Positions 17,226-26,552 of a stretch of 32,000 bases of DNA are shown piece by piece. The notes beneath the pieces were generated by a model. That model was not told where the DNA came from, searched no databases, and saw only the letters and a list, made by a program, of their open reading frames with translations. The translations under genes were made by a program, and so were the position numbers. Positions within the stretch are counted from its first letter, which is position 1. Each line of letters opens with the position of its first letter. The stretch is from Pyrobaculum aerophilum str. IM2 (GTDB lineage: Archaea; Thermoproteota; Thermoprotei; Thermoproteales; Thermoproteaceae), in assembly GCF_000007225.1 (NCBI RefSeq), contig NC_003364.1, forward strand, positions 240,001 to 272,000, written 5' to 3'.

Positions 17226-18146
17226 TTGGTAAATGCATATTACCTTGTCGGTATAAGCTACAGGTTAGTCTCATCTTCTGTTGTAGTTGTTAAAGACAGG
17301 CTGTACTTATTAGGCTACTACGACACCCCTTCCGACATAGCCCTAGACTCTGATTTCAAAGTAGTAGCCGCGAGGACAATAGATAATCCTGATCTCTTTC
17401 CGTGGTTTATTACAACTGACGGCACTCACTTATACATAGGATTGATCAACAGTTCTGACTGGTCTATGGTAATCTTGGCGACAGATCTAGAGCTCAATTC
17501 ACAATGGGCTGTCAAATGGGAGCCACCTTTGGGGTTATATATAATTATCGACGATAGATCACCCATAAGGGACGGCGGAATTTTATACCCCGGCAACGGG
17601 GGCTTTGCAAGTCGGTTTTCCAATGCTATTTATTACAACGGCAAAATATATGTGCCGTATTCTTGGTTTACGGATTTCGGTGCTGTATTGAGTGATTTAC
17701 TTGTGATATTTGACGTCTCTACTAGGCGTGTGGTGAGATATTATAGTATTGTTAACACTGGTGTTATATTCTTGCTCAGCACATCAGCTTTTTCAGGCAG
17801 AGGTGGCGGGTGGATTGCAGCCGTTGGTGTTACCTCAGCGAGTGGCATTGAAAAGCAGTTTGTAGAAGATGTCCCTCCTGTTAAGCCCGTTTCTTTAGTG
17901 CTTTCGCCTTTTGAGCCGGTTGTTTATCCTGTATCCGAAGATTTGAGTCCCAAGTCTATTAGCTTGGCGGACTATCCGTTAAACGCCATTTCTGTAGATC
18001 CGCCGCCTGATGCTCTGCTGTTTTTAATTCCCCTGCCGCCTGCCGTCGGCGGGGTCGTTGACGTTGGGTTACACTTTGTGTTTATTACAATGGGGTTGGC
18101 GCTTCTCGTTGCTTTAGGCGTAAAGAACGCGCGGGCTCGGAAATAA
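17226..18146 (+). CDS. surface-anchored hypothetical protein (beta-rich ectodomain, Pro-rich stalk, C-terminal PAVGGVV + TM + basic tail)
   Basis: ORF track (TTG start, so the start is uncertain; ATG 17213 lies in another frame). C-terminus LPPAVGGVVDVGLHFVFITMGLALLVALGVKNARARK. A T-run follows the stop. Confidence 0.65.
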   Translation: MVNAYYLVGISYRLVSSSVVVVKDRLYLLGYYDTPSDIALDSDFKVVAARTIDNPDLFPWFITTDGTHLYIGLINSSDWSMVILATDLELNSQWAVKWEPPLGLYIIIDDRSPIRDGGILYPGNGGFASRFSNAIYYNGKIYVPYSWFTDFGAVLSDLLVIFDVSTRRVVRYYSIVNTGVIFLLSTSAFSGRGGGWIAAVGVTSASGIEKQFVEDVPPVKPVSLVLSPFEPVVYPVSEDLSPKSISLADYPLNAISVDPPPDALLFLIPLPPAVGGVVDVGLHFVFITMGLALLVALGVKNARARK

Positions 18147-18149
18147 GCC

Positions 18150-18155
18150 TTTTTT
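18150..18155 (+). terminator. T-run (T6) candidate terminator after 17226..18146
   Basis: CCTTTTTTCA immediately follows the stop codon. Confidence 0.35.
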
Positions 18156-18621
18156 CACGCATACCCTTTAGCACGACGCCTTTTAAAAACTGTCGTTACG
18201 CAGATTACTTTCTTAGTGCTCTAAGCCGCCGTGATTCTCATTAAATGAAAGGCCTTTATGTCGCCGTGTTTGTCCGGCGCTAACTCACCTTCACTGTGAG
18301 GCAGTTTTAAACGACAATGGCAAGCGTATTAGCCGTCGAGAGTCTAATATTGAGACGCCGCTGTTATTCACGGTGAATCCTAGCAGGAGCCTTTTCGGGA
18401 AGGCGTTTTCATAACTGTGCCGAGTTTAATATCTTTACAAACCCATAACCTCTCATGATCGGGCATATGAGGAGGATTTAATAGATAATACGGGATATGT
18501 TGTGCATCATCCCTACGTAATTCCAAGCTCTGGCCTTCACCTGTGGTGGGGCTAGAGCCGACAGAGCTCTTGCGCAATGGCTCTGATGGCGCCAAATTAT
18601 ATGGGCGGGTGCGCGTTTAAC

Positions 18622-19293
18622 TCACGCCTTTAAAGTTATATCTGCCAACCATTTGGAAAGGGGATTGTCGGAATACATGACAATATAGGGCACGCCGCAT
18701 TTCCGCGCTTCTAAGTATACAGAGGGCAAGCCCTCGGTGTATGAGGGTATTATCACTGCATATGCTCTTGACAGCAAAATGGGGACTTCCTCCGGCTTTA
18801 AATAGCCTATATATTTTATAACTCCGCTGTTTAAACTCCTCACAACTTTTTCAAGAGGACCCACTCCTGCAATTATTAAGGGCTTGCGAAATATATTGTA
18901 TATTTTCCCAATGTCTCGAAGCATTCTTAAAACGCCTTTTTCATAATCCAGCCTCCCCACATAAATCCCGCGTCTCTGTTTTAACGCAATTGGACCTTCT
19001 TTTCTGAATACGCAGAGAGGCGCGGCCGCCCAACGCCCGGTACACCACAGGCGAGTTCGTTACTACTAAATCATCCTATGTCAAGCTTTTTTCCTAAACA
19101 CCGCAGCTATCCACCTTCCAATACTGTCTAGTTTAAAGCTCTTGGTGAATAAAAGCTTGTAGTAAATAACGAAGAGGGGCGTCTCCACTGCACTATCTTC
19201 TTTACTCAAGAGAAGCGATGTGGCAGTAATACAAAGCTTTCTCTCAACCCCTCTCGGGGCATTAGCTGAAATGTTTGGCAATAGAGTCTCCAT
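18622..19293 (-). pseudogene. disrupted GT-B (GT4-like) glycosyltransferase
   Basis: 18622..18960 encodes only the C-terminal half (VGRLDYEKG...IIPSYTEGLPSVYLEARKCGVPYIV). An in-frame TAA lies just upstream of the GRLDYEKG block. Further minus-strand fragments reach ~19293. The extent is approximate. Confidence 0.55.
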
Positions 19294-20078
19294 CTTATTT
19301 GGTAGTACAGTGGGAGTTACTGCTGGTGGTCTCAGGCTAGTACCATTCTTATAGCCGACCTTGTCACGGCCAGAGATTATAACATCGACCTGCTGGCTCT
19401 TGTGTTGCTTTTCTCATTGGGAACCGTAACCATTTACGTGGACAAGTGGTAAGTTGACGACTTTAATGACAACTGGGCGGGGAGGTCCCAGTCGTTATTA
19501 AGCAACGGCATTCCGGTGATAAACATTAACCTCTACGCGGCACAGTATCCTTACGGCCCTCTGTGGGATCTCAAGACATATGGAAACGATGCGCTACAAA
19601 CCTTTCCATTTAGCAAGGGAAGCGGCCACCTCTACTCCACGCCTCCGAAGAACTCATCGAAATTCCGCCGCCCGCGATAAACACAAGAATTGCCATATTA
19701 AGCGACTTGGTGGATCTCAGCTGTACAACGCCGACACTCCCGCGGCCGCGGTGGCGCCTGTGGCCTGTGCAAAGGCTGGAGCCTTAAAATGGGAAACTTC
19801 ACTCTAGAGTGAGAATGACCATCACATACAGAGCCACCGCACAGCCTTTAGACGCACATAAACATTACACTCACTGGCGTAAGGGGTACGGAAAGGAGTT
19901 GCTCAAGCGAGGGAGGAAGTGGTTTTCGGCGATTATAAGGCTAGGAGGAGCGCCACTCTAATAATAAACTTAAACAACACTTGGCTTCGGCGCCTCGTGG
20001 GTTTGGGTAATATACACAGATCATTTAGGAATAAATCACGCATACATCTACCTCCGACGTAGTAATTTTACTCTAGAC

Positions 20079-20647
20079 GTGCTGGACCGGTGTATAGGAC
20101 TATCGTCATATAACGTGGGTGCTAGATCAGCTGCCATTGACACAGCAGGTGGAATGATTGTGTCTGCCGCCTTTGGGTCAATGTTTCCCGATAGGTGGCC
20201 TTATAGCTATGTGGATACGGCGATTTTGTCTGGATCTAACCTTCTTTGGAAGAGACTTGGCTTCTGTCACTTTGCACTGGGCGGACCGTTAGTGAATGAC
20301 GTGGTTGCTTTGTTTAATCCAGTGGGCGGGGCTGGCTATGGCGGACTGCCGTTTTACTACGATCCCAGCGCAGGGGGTATTAGGGATGCACGGACAGGCA
20401 CTGTATACACGGGCTGTTTTTAGTAGCGGCGTTGACAGTAACAAACGCCTTTGGGTCGTCGGGGCCTGCGCGTGTAGTAATTATTGCGTGGGGGATTGGC
20501 GGCGATGGGACATACGCCAGCGCCGTCTATCTTACACATGTTCGTTACGTCGGAAAGTACGCCGTTGTTGTACGGTGGAGTGATATTAACGGCAACTCGT
20601 TGCCAGATGCGTTGGATGATTACGAGTATTTAGCCACTTGGCCTTAA
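20079..20647 (+). pseudogene. frameshifted fragment of an S-layer-like module, paralogous to the C-terminus of 21627..24002
   Basis: 20079..20423 contains VGARSAAIDTAGG...GGPLVNDVVALFNPVGGAGYGGLPFYYDPSAGGIRDARTG. 20432..20647, in another frame, contains VVIIAWGIGGDGTYASAVYL...AVVVRWS...YLATWP. Together they are collinear with residues ~620-807 of the protease. Confidence 0.7.
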
Positions 20648-21301
20648 ACTGCTTTCCTTTTTCCCAGCTTTTATCAGCCTTAGTTAAGAAAGCGCTTTTT
20701 GAGCCAGTATGAGAAAGCTTATTTCAATTGAGAGATAGGCTTTTTAGTTACTGCTATTGTCAATGCCACATTTAGGGTGTGGCGTCATACAGTATCTCTC
20801 ATGCAGAGCGCCGACGGAAAATAGGAGATGAGCGCCAAGTATCTCCAAATCCTTGACTGACTGGATTCTTTTGCATTTACAACTCAATCAAGCTTTCGGC
20901 TGTTTTTATGGCGCTTGGTTGTGTTGCCCCGGGCGGCGATACTGCCCTATAGGGCGAGGGCTCCCTAATCGGCATATATCTTGTCCTCTTATTACGTTTT
21001 TCGCAGTTGCATGACTATTGCGTGGACCTTTTCCGTCTCGGCTTAGCCTCACTCCGCTAATGGCATACAGCCAAGGCGAAATACGGGATCTACGTACTCG
21101 CATGCGCCCCACGCTTTGTTTTTGTTAACGTCAGGTATTGGCATACAAAGGTTTCTAGACTTTGATAGTGTTTCTGTGACGTAGAGTGTGAATAGTGTTG
21201 TTAACAGTGAGGAGTGTTATCTCAATCGCACAAGAGTAATTTGCCCACCTCCGCTACCTTTAACTGAAATAAAGTTTATTAAGTAATTAATTCTACTAAA
21301 T

Positions 21302-21634
21302 ATGGCTAATTGGGTTTTGTACGTCGGCATTATTGTTGTTGTTGTAGTGGGCGCCCTCTGGCTAGTACTGTCGAAACCTGGCCAGGCTGGGGAGGTGGTT
21401 TTGAAGGGGCGTCTCGCGGCTGTGGTTACTGACTATGTTAATAAGACCTCGCGCACAGACTACTTCCTCCAAGTGGTTGAAGACGGGAAGGTGAGGGACG
21501 TGCCGCTCGACCTCTCCAACGCGACTATCCGCCTTAAGGACTTCTTTAATAACTATATAGGAACCGGCCGGGAGGTATATGTCAGGGGATACTGGAGGGG
21601 GGATGTGTTTGTGGCGTTGGAGGTCTATGATTAG
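21302..21634 (+). CDS. small N-terminally anchored protein, paralogue of the N-terminal domain of the downstream metalloprotease
   Basis: TM helix VLYVGIIVVVVVGALWLVL, then VVTDYVNKTSRTDYFLQVVEDGK, compared with YVTDYVNGTSKTDLFFMLENGT in the next gene. TATA-like TTTATTAA at 21275-21282 lies 24 nt upstream. Its 3' end overlaps the next gene's start. Confidence 0.75.
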   Translation: MANWVLYVGIIVVVVVGALWLVLSKPGQAGEVVLKGRLAAVVTDYVNKTSRTDYFLQVVEDGKVRDVPLDLSNATIRLKDFFNNYIGTGREVYVRGYWRGDVFVALEVYD

Positions 21635-24002
21635 GGTAGCCCTTCATCTCTTAATCGCAACAGCGCTTGTCTTTTCTGCCTACGAGGGGTGGGTGGTGGG
21701 CTACGTCACTGATTACGTCAACGGGACGTCTAAGACAGATTTGTTTTTCATGTTGGAAAACGGCACTTTAATCCCCTTAACGGTAGACGTGCCTTGGGAG
21801 CTCGTGGGCTCGGGTGTGAGGGTTAAGGCAGAGGTTGTGGACGGGAAGGCCCGCCTGTTGCTCCCCGCGGCTGAGCCGTTGGCGGCGCCTCCTCCTCAGT
21901 CGCCCGTACGCGGCAATTTGTTGGTAACAGTGGTCGCGGCTAAGTTTAAAGACGTCCCCGACGAGCCTTACAACTACTCCTATATTCACGACGTAGTCTT
22001 CGGTCCCCACCCATCGCTACGCGACTTCTGGGAGTACGTCTCGCGAGGCGCTATAAAGATCAAGCCCTACTACGTCCACTGGGGCTGGATCACCCTCCCC
22101 AGAACTACCTCTGACTACTGTTTAGTTCCTGATATTAATACTGTGGTTGAGCTGATAGCGGAGGACGTAATTAATTCTTTATATCAGCGGGGGGTGCAGT
22201 TGCCAGATTACTCTTACTTGATTATAGTTCTGAATAAGGACTTGCCGTGCGATCCGGGTACTGCTGGCAGAGGCACTATTAGAATGTGGCAATTTTCAAC
22301 TCCTTACGGCATAAGGAATCTGGCAGTATCGTGGATTTACCATTACGCTGATTGGTTGAGGAGCGAGCCGGATGTTCAATTGTATATGCATGAATTCGGC
22401 CACAACTTGGGGCTTCGTCATAGCGGAACGTCTGTAGAGGAATACGACAACGTGTGGGATGTAATGGGCGGTATTAGGCTATGGCATTATTTAGACAGTT
22501 GGCTGGGACAAACTGAATATGGAGTAGTCGCCGGTCTCGCCGTGCCGCATGGCTACTATTTGGGGTGGTATGATATAATGCAGTTAAACGCCTCAGCTTA
22601 TGTCTCCAGTTTCAGCGGGGTATATTGGCATGGCCCCGACGGCGTCTACACCGCGGAGTACAAATGTGCTGGGAAGTATGAAAGTTATTTAGACTTCTGC
22701 GGCGTGGTGTTTCACAAGTTGAGATCTTCGACCTTCGAAAGGTGGGTTTACTTCACGCCGGTCATGAACGTAACCACTCCGTGGTCGTCCGGAGTTAATT
22801 TCCTGGACGTTGGCCAATCTGCGTGGGTGGGCGGGGTGAGGATTTCAGTTGTGTGGCGCAACTCCACCCATGCGAAAATTGTTTCGGGGTATCCGACTCT
22901 GGATCAAATAATCGGCGCCAACGCAACGTTTGTTGTGGGGGCGAGGGCCGCTACTATTGACTCGGTGGCCGCCGTCTACGCCAGGGCGGCGTTATCGCCC
23001 ACGGCGACTCGTACGCGGAATTCGTATTTCCTGCAACCTTTATTCGCCTATTTAGACGACGAGAGTTTTATGGCCCAAGTGAGGTGGTATTACGATAGTA
23101 GCATCGAGAATTGGATGGCGCTTTACGTGCCGTACCCCGGGGTTGTTGTCTCCGTGGGCGGGCCTTTTGCAAACCGCCTGACCTACGCCCTTAATCCCCC
23201 GAACAGACCGGGGGCTGGGGGTTTGCCTTTCTACTTCGACACCTCAGTCGGCGGGATAAAAGACGCGGTGACCGGCGCGGTGTGGACTAGCAATGCCGCG
23301 GTGGTGGCGGCGGTGGTCAACGGCTCGCGCGTTTACCTCCTTGTCTGGGGCATTGGGGGAGAGGATACTCGGAGGGCGGCGCAGTGGCTTGCAGAGTGCG
23401 CCCCGCCTCCCGCGAGGGCTGTGGTGATAGACACGGCGAGTTTTAGAGTGTTGGCGTCTTGGCCCTTGGGGTTTGAGGGGCCGTCTTACTGCCCCGGCCG
23501 CACTTATGCCGCGGCCGCCGTCGTGGGGGCTGGCGCCGCCTCAATTGACGCAGTGGGGGCCGCCATGGCTGTGGGCGGCCTCGGGGTTTTAGACTCAGAG
23601 GCGAATTCAACTCAGCTCCCGCCCCTGGTATTCTCCGTTGGCGGGCCTTTGGCCAACCGCTTTACGGCAGTTTTCAACCCCGTGGGCAGGGTGGGTTACG
23701 GCGGACTGCCCTTCTACTACGACCCCAGTGTCGGCGGCATTAGAGATGGGCGGACTGGCGCCGTGCTCTGCGTTTCTAGCTGTTTCGTGGTGGCGAAGTT
23801 ACAGTGGGGAAGGAGGGCCGTGGTGCTTGCGTGGGGGTTGGGCGGCGATGACACTAGGGCGGCCGCGGCTTATGTACACTACTACGGAAAGGAGCTGTTG
23901 GAAGAGTTCGGCAACGCCGCCGTTGTCGTGCGGTGGAGCTGGCGGTATTATCAGTCTTATAAAATCGGCATTGACTTCTATACAATTGCCAAGTGGCCTT
24001 AA
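21627..24002 (+). CDS. secreted zinc metalloprotease (HExxHxxGxxH; M6/immune-inhibitor-A-like catalytic region) with two C-terminal S-layer-like modules
   Basis: I prefer the start at ATG 21627 (MIRVALHLLIATALVFSA signal peptide) over the track start 21579. Catalytic-region blocks: LLVTVVAAKFKDVPDEP, SLRDFWEYVSRGAIKIK, LYMHEFGHNLGLRHSG. Two tandem copies of the module VGAxAAxID...VGGPxANRxT...GGLPFY(F/Y)D(T/P)SVGGI(K/R)D...WG(I/L)GG(E/D)DTR...(S/K)WP. Confidence 0.85.
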   Translation: MIRVALHLLIATALVFSAYEGWVVGYVTDYVNGTSKTDLFFMLENGTLIPLTVDVPWELVGSGVRVKAEVVDGKARLLLPAAEPLAAPPPQSPVRGNLLVTVVAAKFKDVPDEPYNYSYIHDVVFGPHPSLRDFWEYVSRGAIKIKPYYVHWGWITLPRTTSDYCLVPDINTVVELIAEDVINSLYQRGVQLPDYSYLIIVLNKDLPCDPGTAGRGTIRMWQFSTPYGIRNLAVSWIYHYADWLRSEPDVQLYMHEFGHNLGLRHSGTSVEEYDNVWDVMGGIRLWHYLDSWLGQTEYGVVAGLAVPHGYYLGWYDIMQLNASAYVSSFSGVYWHGPDGVYTAEYKCAGKYESYLDFCGVVFHKLRSSTFERWVYFTPVMNVTTPWSSGVNFLDVGQSAWVGGVRISVVWRNSTHAKIVSGYPTLDQIIGANATFVVGARAATIDSVAAVYARAALSPTATRTRNSYFLQPLFAYLDDESFMAQVRWYYDSSIENWMALYVPYPGVVVSVGGPFANRLTYALNPPNRPGAGGLPFYFDTSVGGIKDAVTGAVWTSNAAVVAAVVNGSRVYLLVWGIGGEDTRRAAQWLAECAPPPARAVVIDTASFRVLASWPLGFEGPSYCPGRTYAAAAVVGAGAASIDAVGAAMAVGGLGVLDSEANSTQLPPLVFSVGGPLANRFTAVFNPVGRVGYGGLPFYYDPSVGGIRDGRTGAVLCVSSCFVVAKLQWGRRAVVLAWGLGGDDTRAAAAYVHYYGKELLEEFGNAAVVVRWSWRYYQSYKIGIDFYTIAKWP

Positions 24003-24006
24003 AACC

Positions 24007-24011
24007 TTTTT
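24007..24011 (+). terminator. T-run (T5) candidate terminator after the metalloprotease gene
   Basis: CCTTTTTAAAAATTCATGTCTTTTTC follows the stop directly. A second T5 lies at ~24025. Confidence 0.35.
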
Positions 24012-24824
24012 AAAAATTCATGTCTTTTTCACCTCCACCGGGGGGACGTTGGAGCCTGACTGGCTCGTATCACCGCGCGCTTGGTGAGGCGTTGCCCCGG
24101 GGGCTGATCGGCGATTTACCGCCTTAAGGCCGGGGCGGAGTGGGGGCGACAGAGCCTTCGTGGGCGTGTATCACCTAGCTGATTTTTTCAGATATTGAAG
24201 GGAGGGAGTTTGTTAAGCGCTGTGCGGGTAGCGGGGTTTGGACTGTTGAGCTGAGTGTAGAGGGAATAGCCGTTTTACATCTGGAACGCGCCGAGCGGTT
24301 AACGCCACCTATACGGCAGGCGGTGGCAACGGGGTTTGGGAAAAAGGTGTACCAATTCTGAGAGCCGCTTTACGGCCCATAAAATCGGCGCCTCTATTAG
24401 TCTCAAGGACGCGGCAGTTTAATAGTTCCTCCATTTTGTCCCCACGGCGGGGGCAATGGTGCTGTACAGCCTTTCCTCGCAGTACGGCTCACCTCTACAA
24501 CACTCTTGCAGTAGACGGCGGGTTAAGGCTATACGGCTAACGCCTTATCGCCGTTAGTAATACGTGTAATAAACTTCGTATTGAATAACAAAATAGTGGG
24601 ACGTTGAAGTCTTGGCAGAAATTAAAAGGAAACTTCACGTAAAGGCCCGGCCAGAGACAAAACCCATTAGAGAAATCGGTGCCTTTAGCAGTAAACAAGC
24701 GATGGGATAGAATGCAAACCGCCTTGCGGACACGCGCCGGAGTGAAAACCGCGTGGCTAAGCGCCGGTTGCCAGACCAACACTACGTCCCCGCCCAGCGC
24801 AAAGACAAGCCCCACGGGCGCTTG

Positions 24825-25244
24825 TCAACTCTTCTTTGCAATTTCCATTAACAACTTCTGGATGTCTAGAAGCAGTGCGTATATCCCATCAATTCTTTTA
24901 TTCGTCTCATCTATGCGTCTCCCCAGCTCTTGTGTTATTGTATCTATCCTCTTGTTAGTCTCGTCTATTCGCCTATTTAGCTCTTGTACCACGGAGTCAA
25001 TTCTTTGATTTGTTTCGTCGATCCTCCTGTTGACCTCGTCTATTCTCTTGTTTGTCTCGTTTATTCTTTGGTTTGTCTCGGCTATTTCCTTTCTTATCTC
25101 GTCTAGCTCTCTGCTGATTGTCGCGAGGTAGAGGAGGAAGATGTCCTCTGTGGATAGCCTCTTGCCCTCCTTCAACTTGCCCAGAACAGACTCAACGGCG
25201 ACTCTAAGCGCCTCCTGCGCCAAAGCACCAAGATCAGCGGACAC
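24825..25244 (-). CDS. heptad-repeat (RIDETNx) coiled-coil protein, copy A
   Basis: I prefer the GTG start at 25244, 24 nt downstream of a TATAAATA box (25264-25271, minus strand), over the track ATG 25292. Encodes SADLGALAQEAL...(RIDETNx)n...LLDIQKLLMEIAKKS. Near-identical to 28704..29144. Confidence 0.8.
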   Translation of the reverse strand: MSADLGALAQEALRVAVESVLGKLKEGKRLSTEDIFLLYLATISRELDEIRKEIAETNQRINETNKRIDEVNRRIDETNQRIDSVVQELNRRIDETNKRIDTITQELGRRIDETNKRIDGIYALLLDIQKLLMEIAKKS

Positions 25245-25293
25245 AAAGAAAAGGCCAAGGCGATATTTATACTTTCCGCCACAACGCTTCAAT
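24961..25293 (-). repeat. inverted-repeat arm A (near-identical block: promoter plus 5' two thirds of the coiled-coil gene)
   Basis: By-eye alignment of its reverse complement against 28664..28987 gave two synonymous substitutions (TTG AAG vs TTA AAA) and one T-run length difference (T3 vs T4) between TATA box and start. Confidence 0.8.
25264..25271 (-). promoter_or_regulatory. TATA box (TATAAATA on the minus strand) of coiled-coil gene copy A
   Basis: Lies 24 nt upstream of GTG 25244. Part of the near-identical inverted-repeat block. Confidence 0.6.
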
Positions 25294-26149
25294 AACTCCG
25301 TAGCAAAAACAGCTTAAAGTAATCCATAAGAGGGGGACATCTAGTTTGGAAACGCCTATCATGTAACGCCTCATGCCTTTTCGTCGCCCCTCTGCCTTAA
25401 TAACCACGCCGGTTTGTCAAGCTTAAATCTCGGCAAGCGCTTGGCAACGCCTCCACACCTGTAGAGCGACAAGAATCTATATAGTGTGGCAATGCAAGTG
25501 GCATCTTATTGCCGTCAGCCTTATCGATCGGCGGCTCTCTCTAGGCGCGACTAGGGGGATAATTGCAGTGAAGGCCTTAATGGCTTTATCACCTACACCC
25601 GGCGATTTAACAACTCTCGAGAACACAAATCATAACGATTACTGCCAGCCGGCGCTGCGTTGATGCCTTAACGGAGCTCCACACTTGGTCGCCACAAATA
25701 TTGTCCCCGGGTTAACTGTTGGTAGGCAGCCGTGGGTTAGGTCCACGAGAAACAGCACCCCATCGCTTGGGCATTCCAGCCTCCTCACGTAAATAAGCCA
25801 CGGGCCGCCCATTGAATTTACGTGTACCATAAGCCCCAATGAATACCGTTGGAACCACGTTCACAGACTGTTACATTACGGCTAGTCCCTAACCAAGGTC
25901 CTCCGGCAGACAAGGTGACCGCTTGGCGCCCTGGTTGGGCTTGGTTGATAACACGCTGTTGGGCGCATGTTGTCTCGGCCGTAGCATAGTGGCCAGATTG
26001 AGCGCCAGACGCGCCGGGCGGCAGGACTCCAAGCGCCCCACGTCGAAACTTACAATCTCAAAACCACCCCATCTGTAGAGGCCGTGTGTTGGAATTGGGG
26101 TAAGCCGAGGTAATCCCAAGCCTTTTTAAACATGTTTGTAAAAGACTCA

Positions 26150-26552
26150 ATGTTGCCTAGAGCCAAGCTTGAGGAGGGGGCGAGGGCCAGGGGCGTGGAT
26201 GTTGCCGAGTTTGAGAAACTGAACCTAGACCTGAGAGTCGGGTTGAGGCCTATTTAGATTGAGAAGTTTATCCGCGAGGCTGAGGAAATGTATTGGCGCA
26301 GGCCGGCGAAAAGTACTGGGGCGCCGTGACGGACCTGCTCAACGCCATTGGCAAGGCGCTCGGCATGAGCCACTACAGCCACAGGGACTGCCAATTCATT
26401 AAGAATGGCAATTCAGGAATATTGATCTTCAAGATGGCCGAGGAGGGCCACATGCTAACACCACAACTATGGACAAGGAGGTGTTTGAAGAGCATAGAAA
26501 GGACGTCCTCTCGCTTATTGAAAAGTTGAGACGATGCCTAAGTAAGCTTTAG
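26150..26552 (+). pseudogene. frameshifted PaREP1-family gene
   Basis: TTTTTAAA at 26123-26130 lies ~24 nt upstream of ATG 26150. Fragments in three frames: MLPRAKLEEGARARGVDVAEFE.., ..QAGEKYWGAVTDLLNAIGKALGMSHYSHRD.., ..EVFEEHRKDVLSLIEKLRRCLSKL. Their order and content resemble PaREP1 proteins. Confidence 0.6.

Noticed and set aside
18380-18595. 71-aa minus-strand ORF (..IPYYLLNPPHMPDHERLWVCKD..) as a real gene
   Set aside because: It has no promoter-like element at the right distance and no recognisable family. It lies in a region otherwise full of fragments, so it is more likely another remnant or chance ORF.
23638-24087. 149-aa plus-strand ORF overlapping the 3' end of the metalloprotease gene
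   Set aside because: It is an alternative frame of a well-supported CDS whose repeated module is clearly read in the other frame. Its Trp/Gly/Ala/Pro-rich shadow composition is typical of off-frame GC-rich sequence.
24003-24824. Possible structured RNA or small gene in the 0.8-kb gap after the protease gene, including track ORFs 24537..24815(-) and 24679..25008(+)
   Set aside because: I found no tRNA-like cloverleaf elements (no GTTC(G/A)A(A/T)TC T-arm consensus), no C/D boxes and no convincing hairpins. The ORFs have atypical composition and one is antisense to the coiled-coil gene.
24888-25079. Regular 21-bp periodic repeats (also at 28869-29081) that could superficially suggest a CRISPR-like or satellite array
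   Set aside because: The period is 21 bp with no unique spacers. The repeats are in frame and encode the RIDETNx heptads of an ORF with promoter, start and stop. They are coding tandem repeats.
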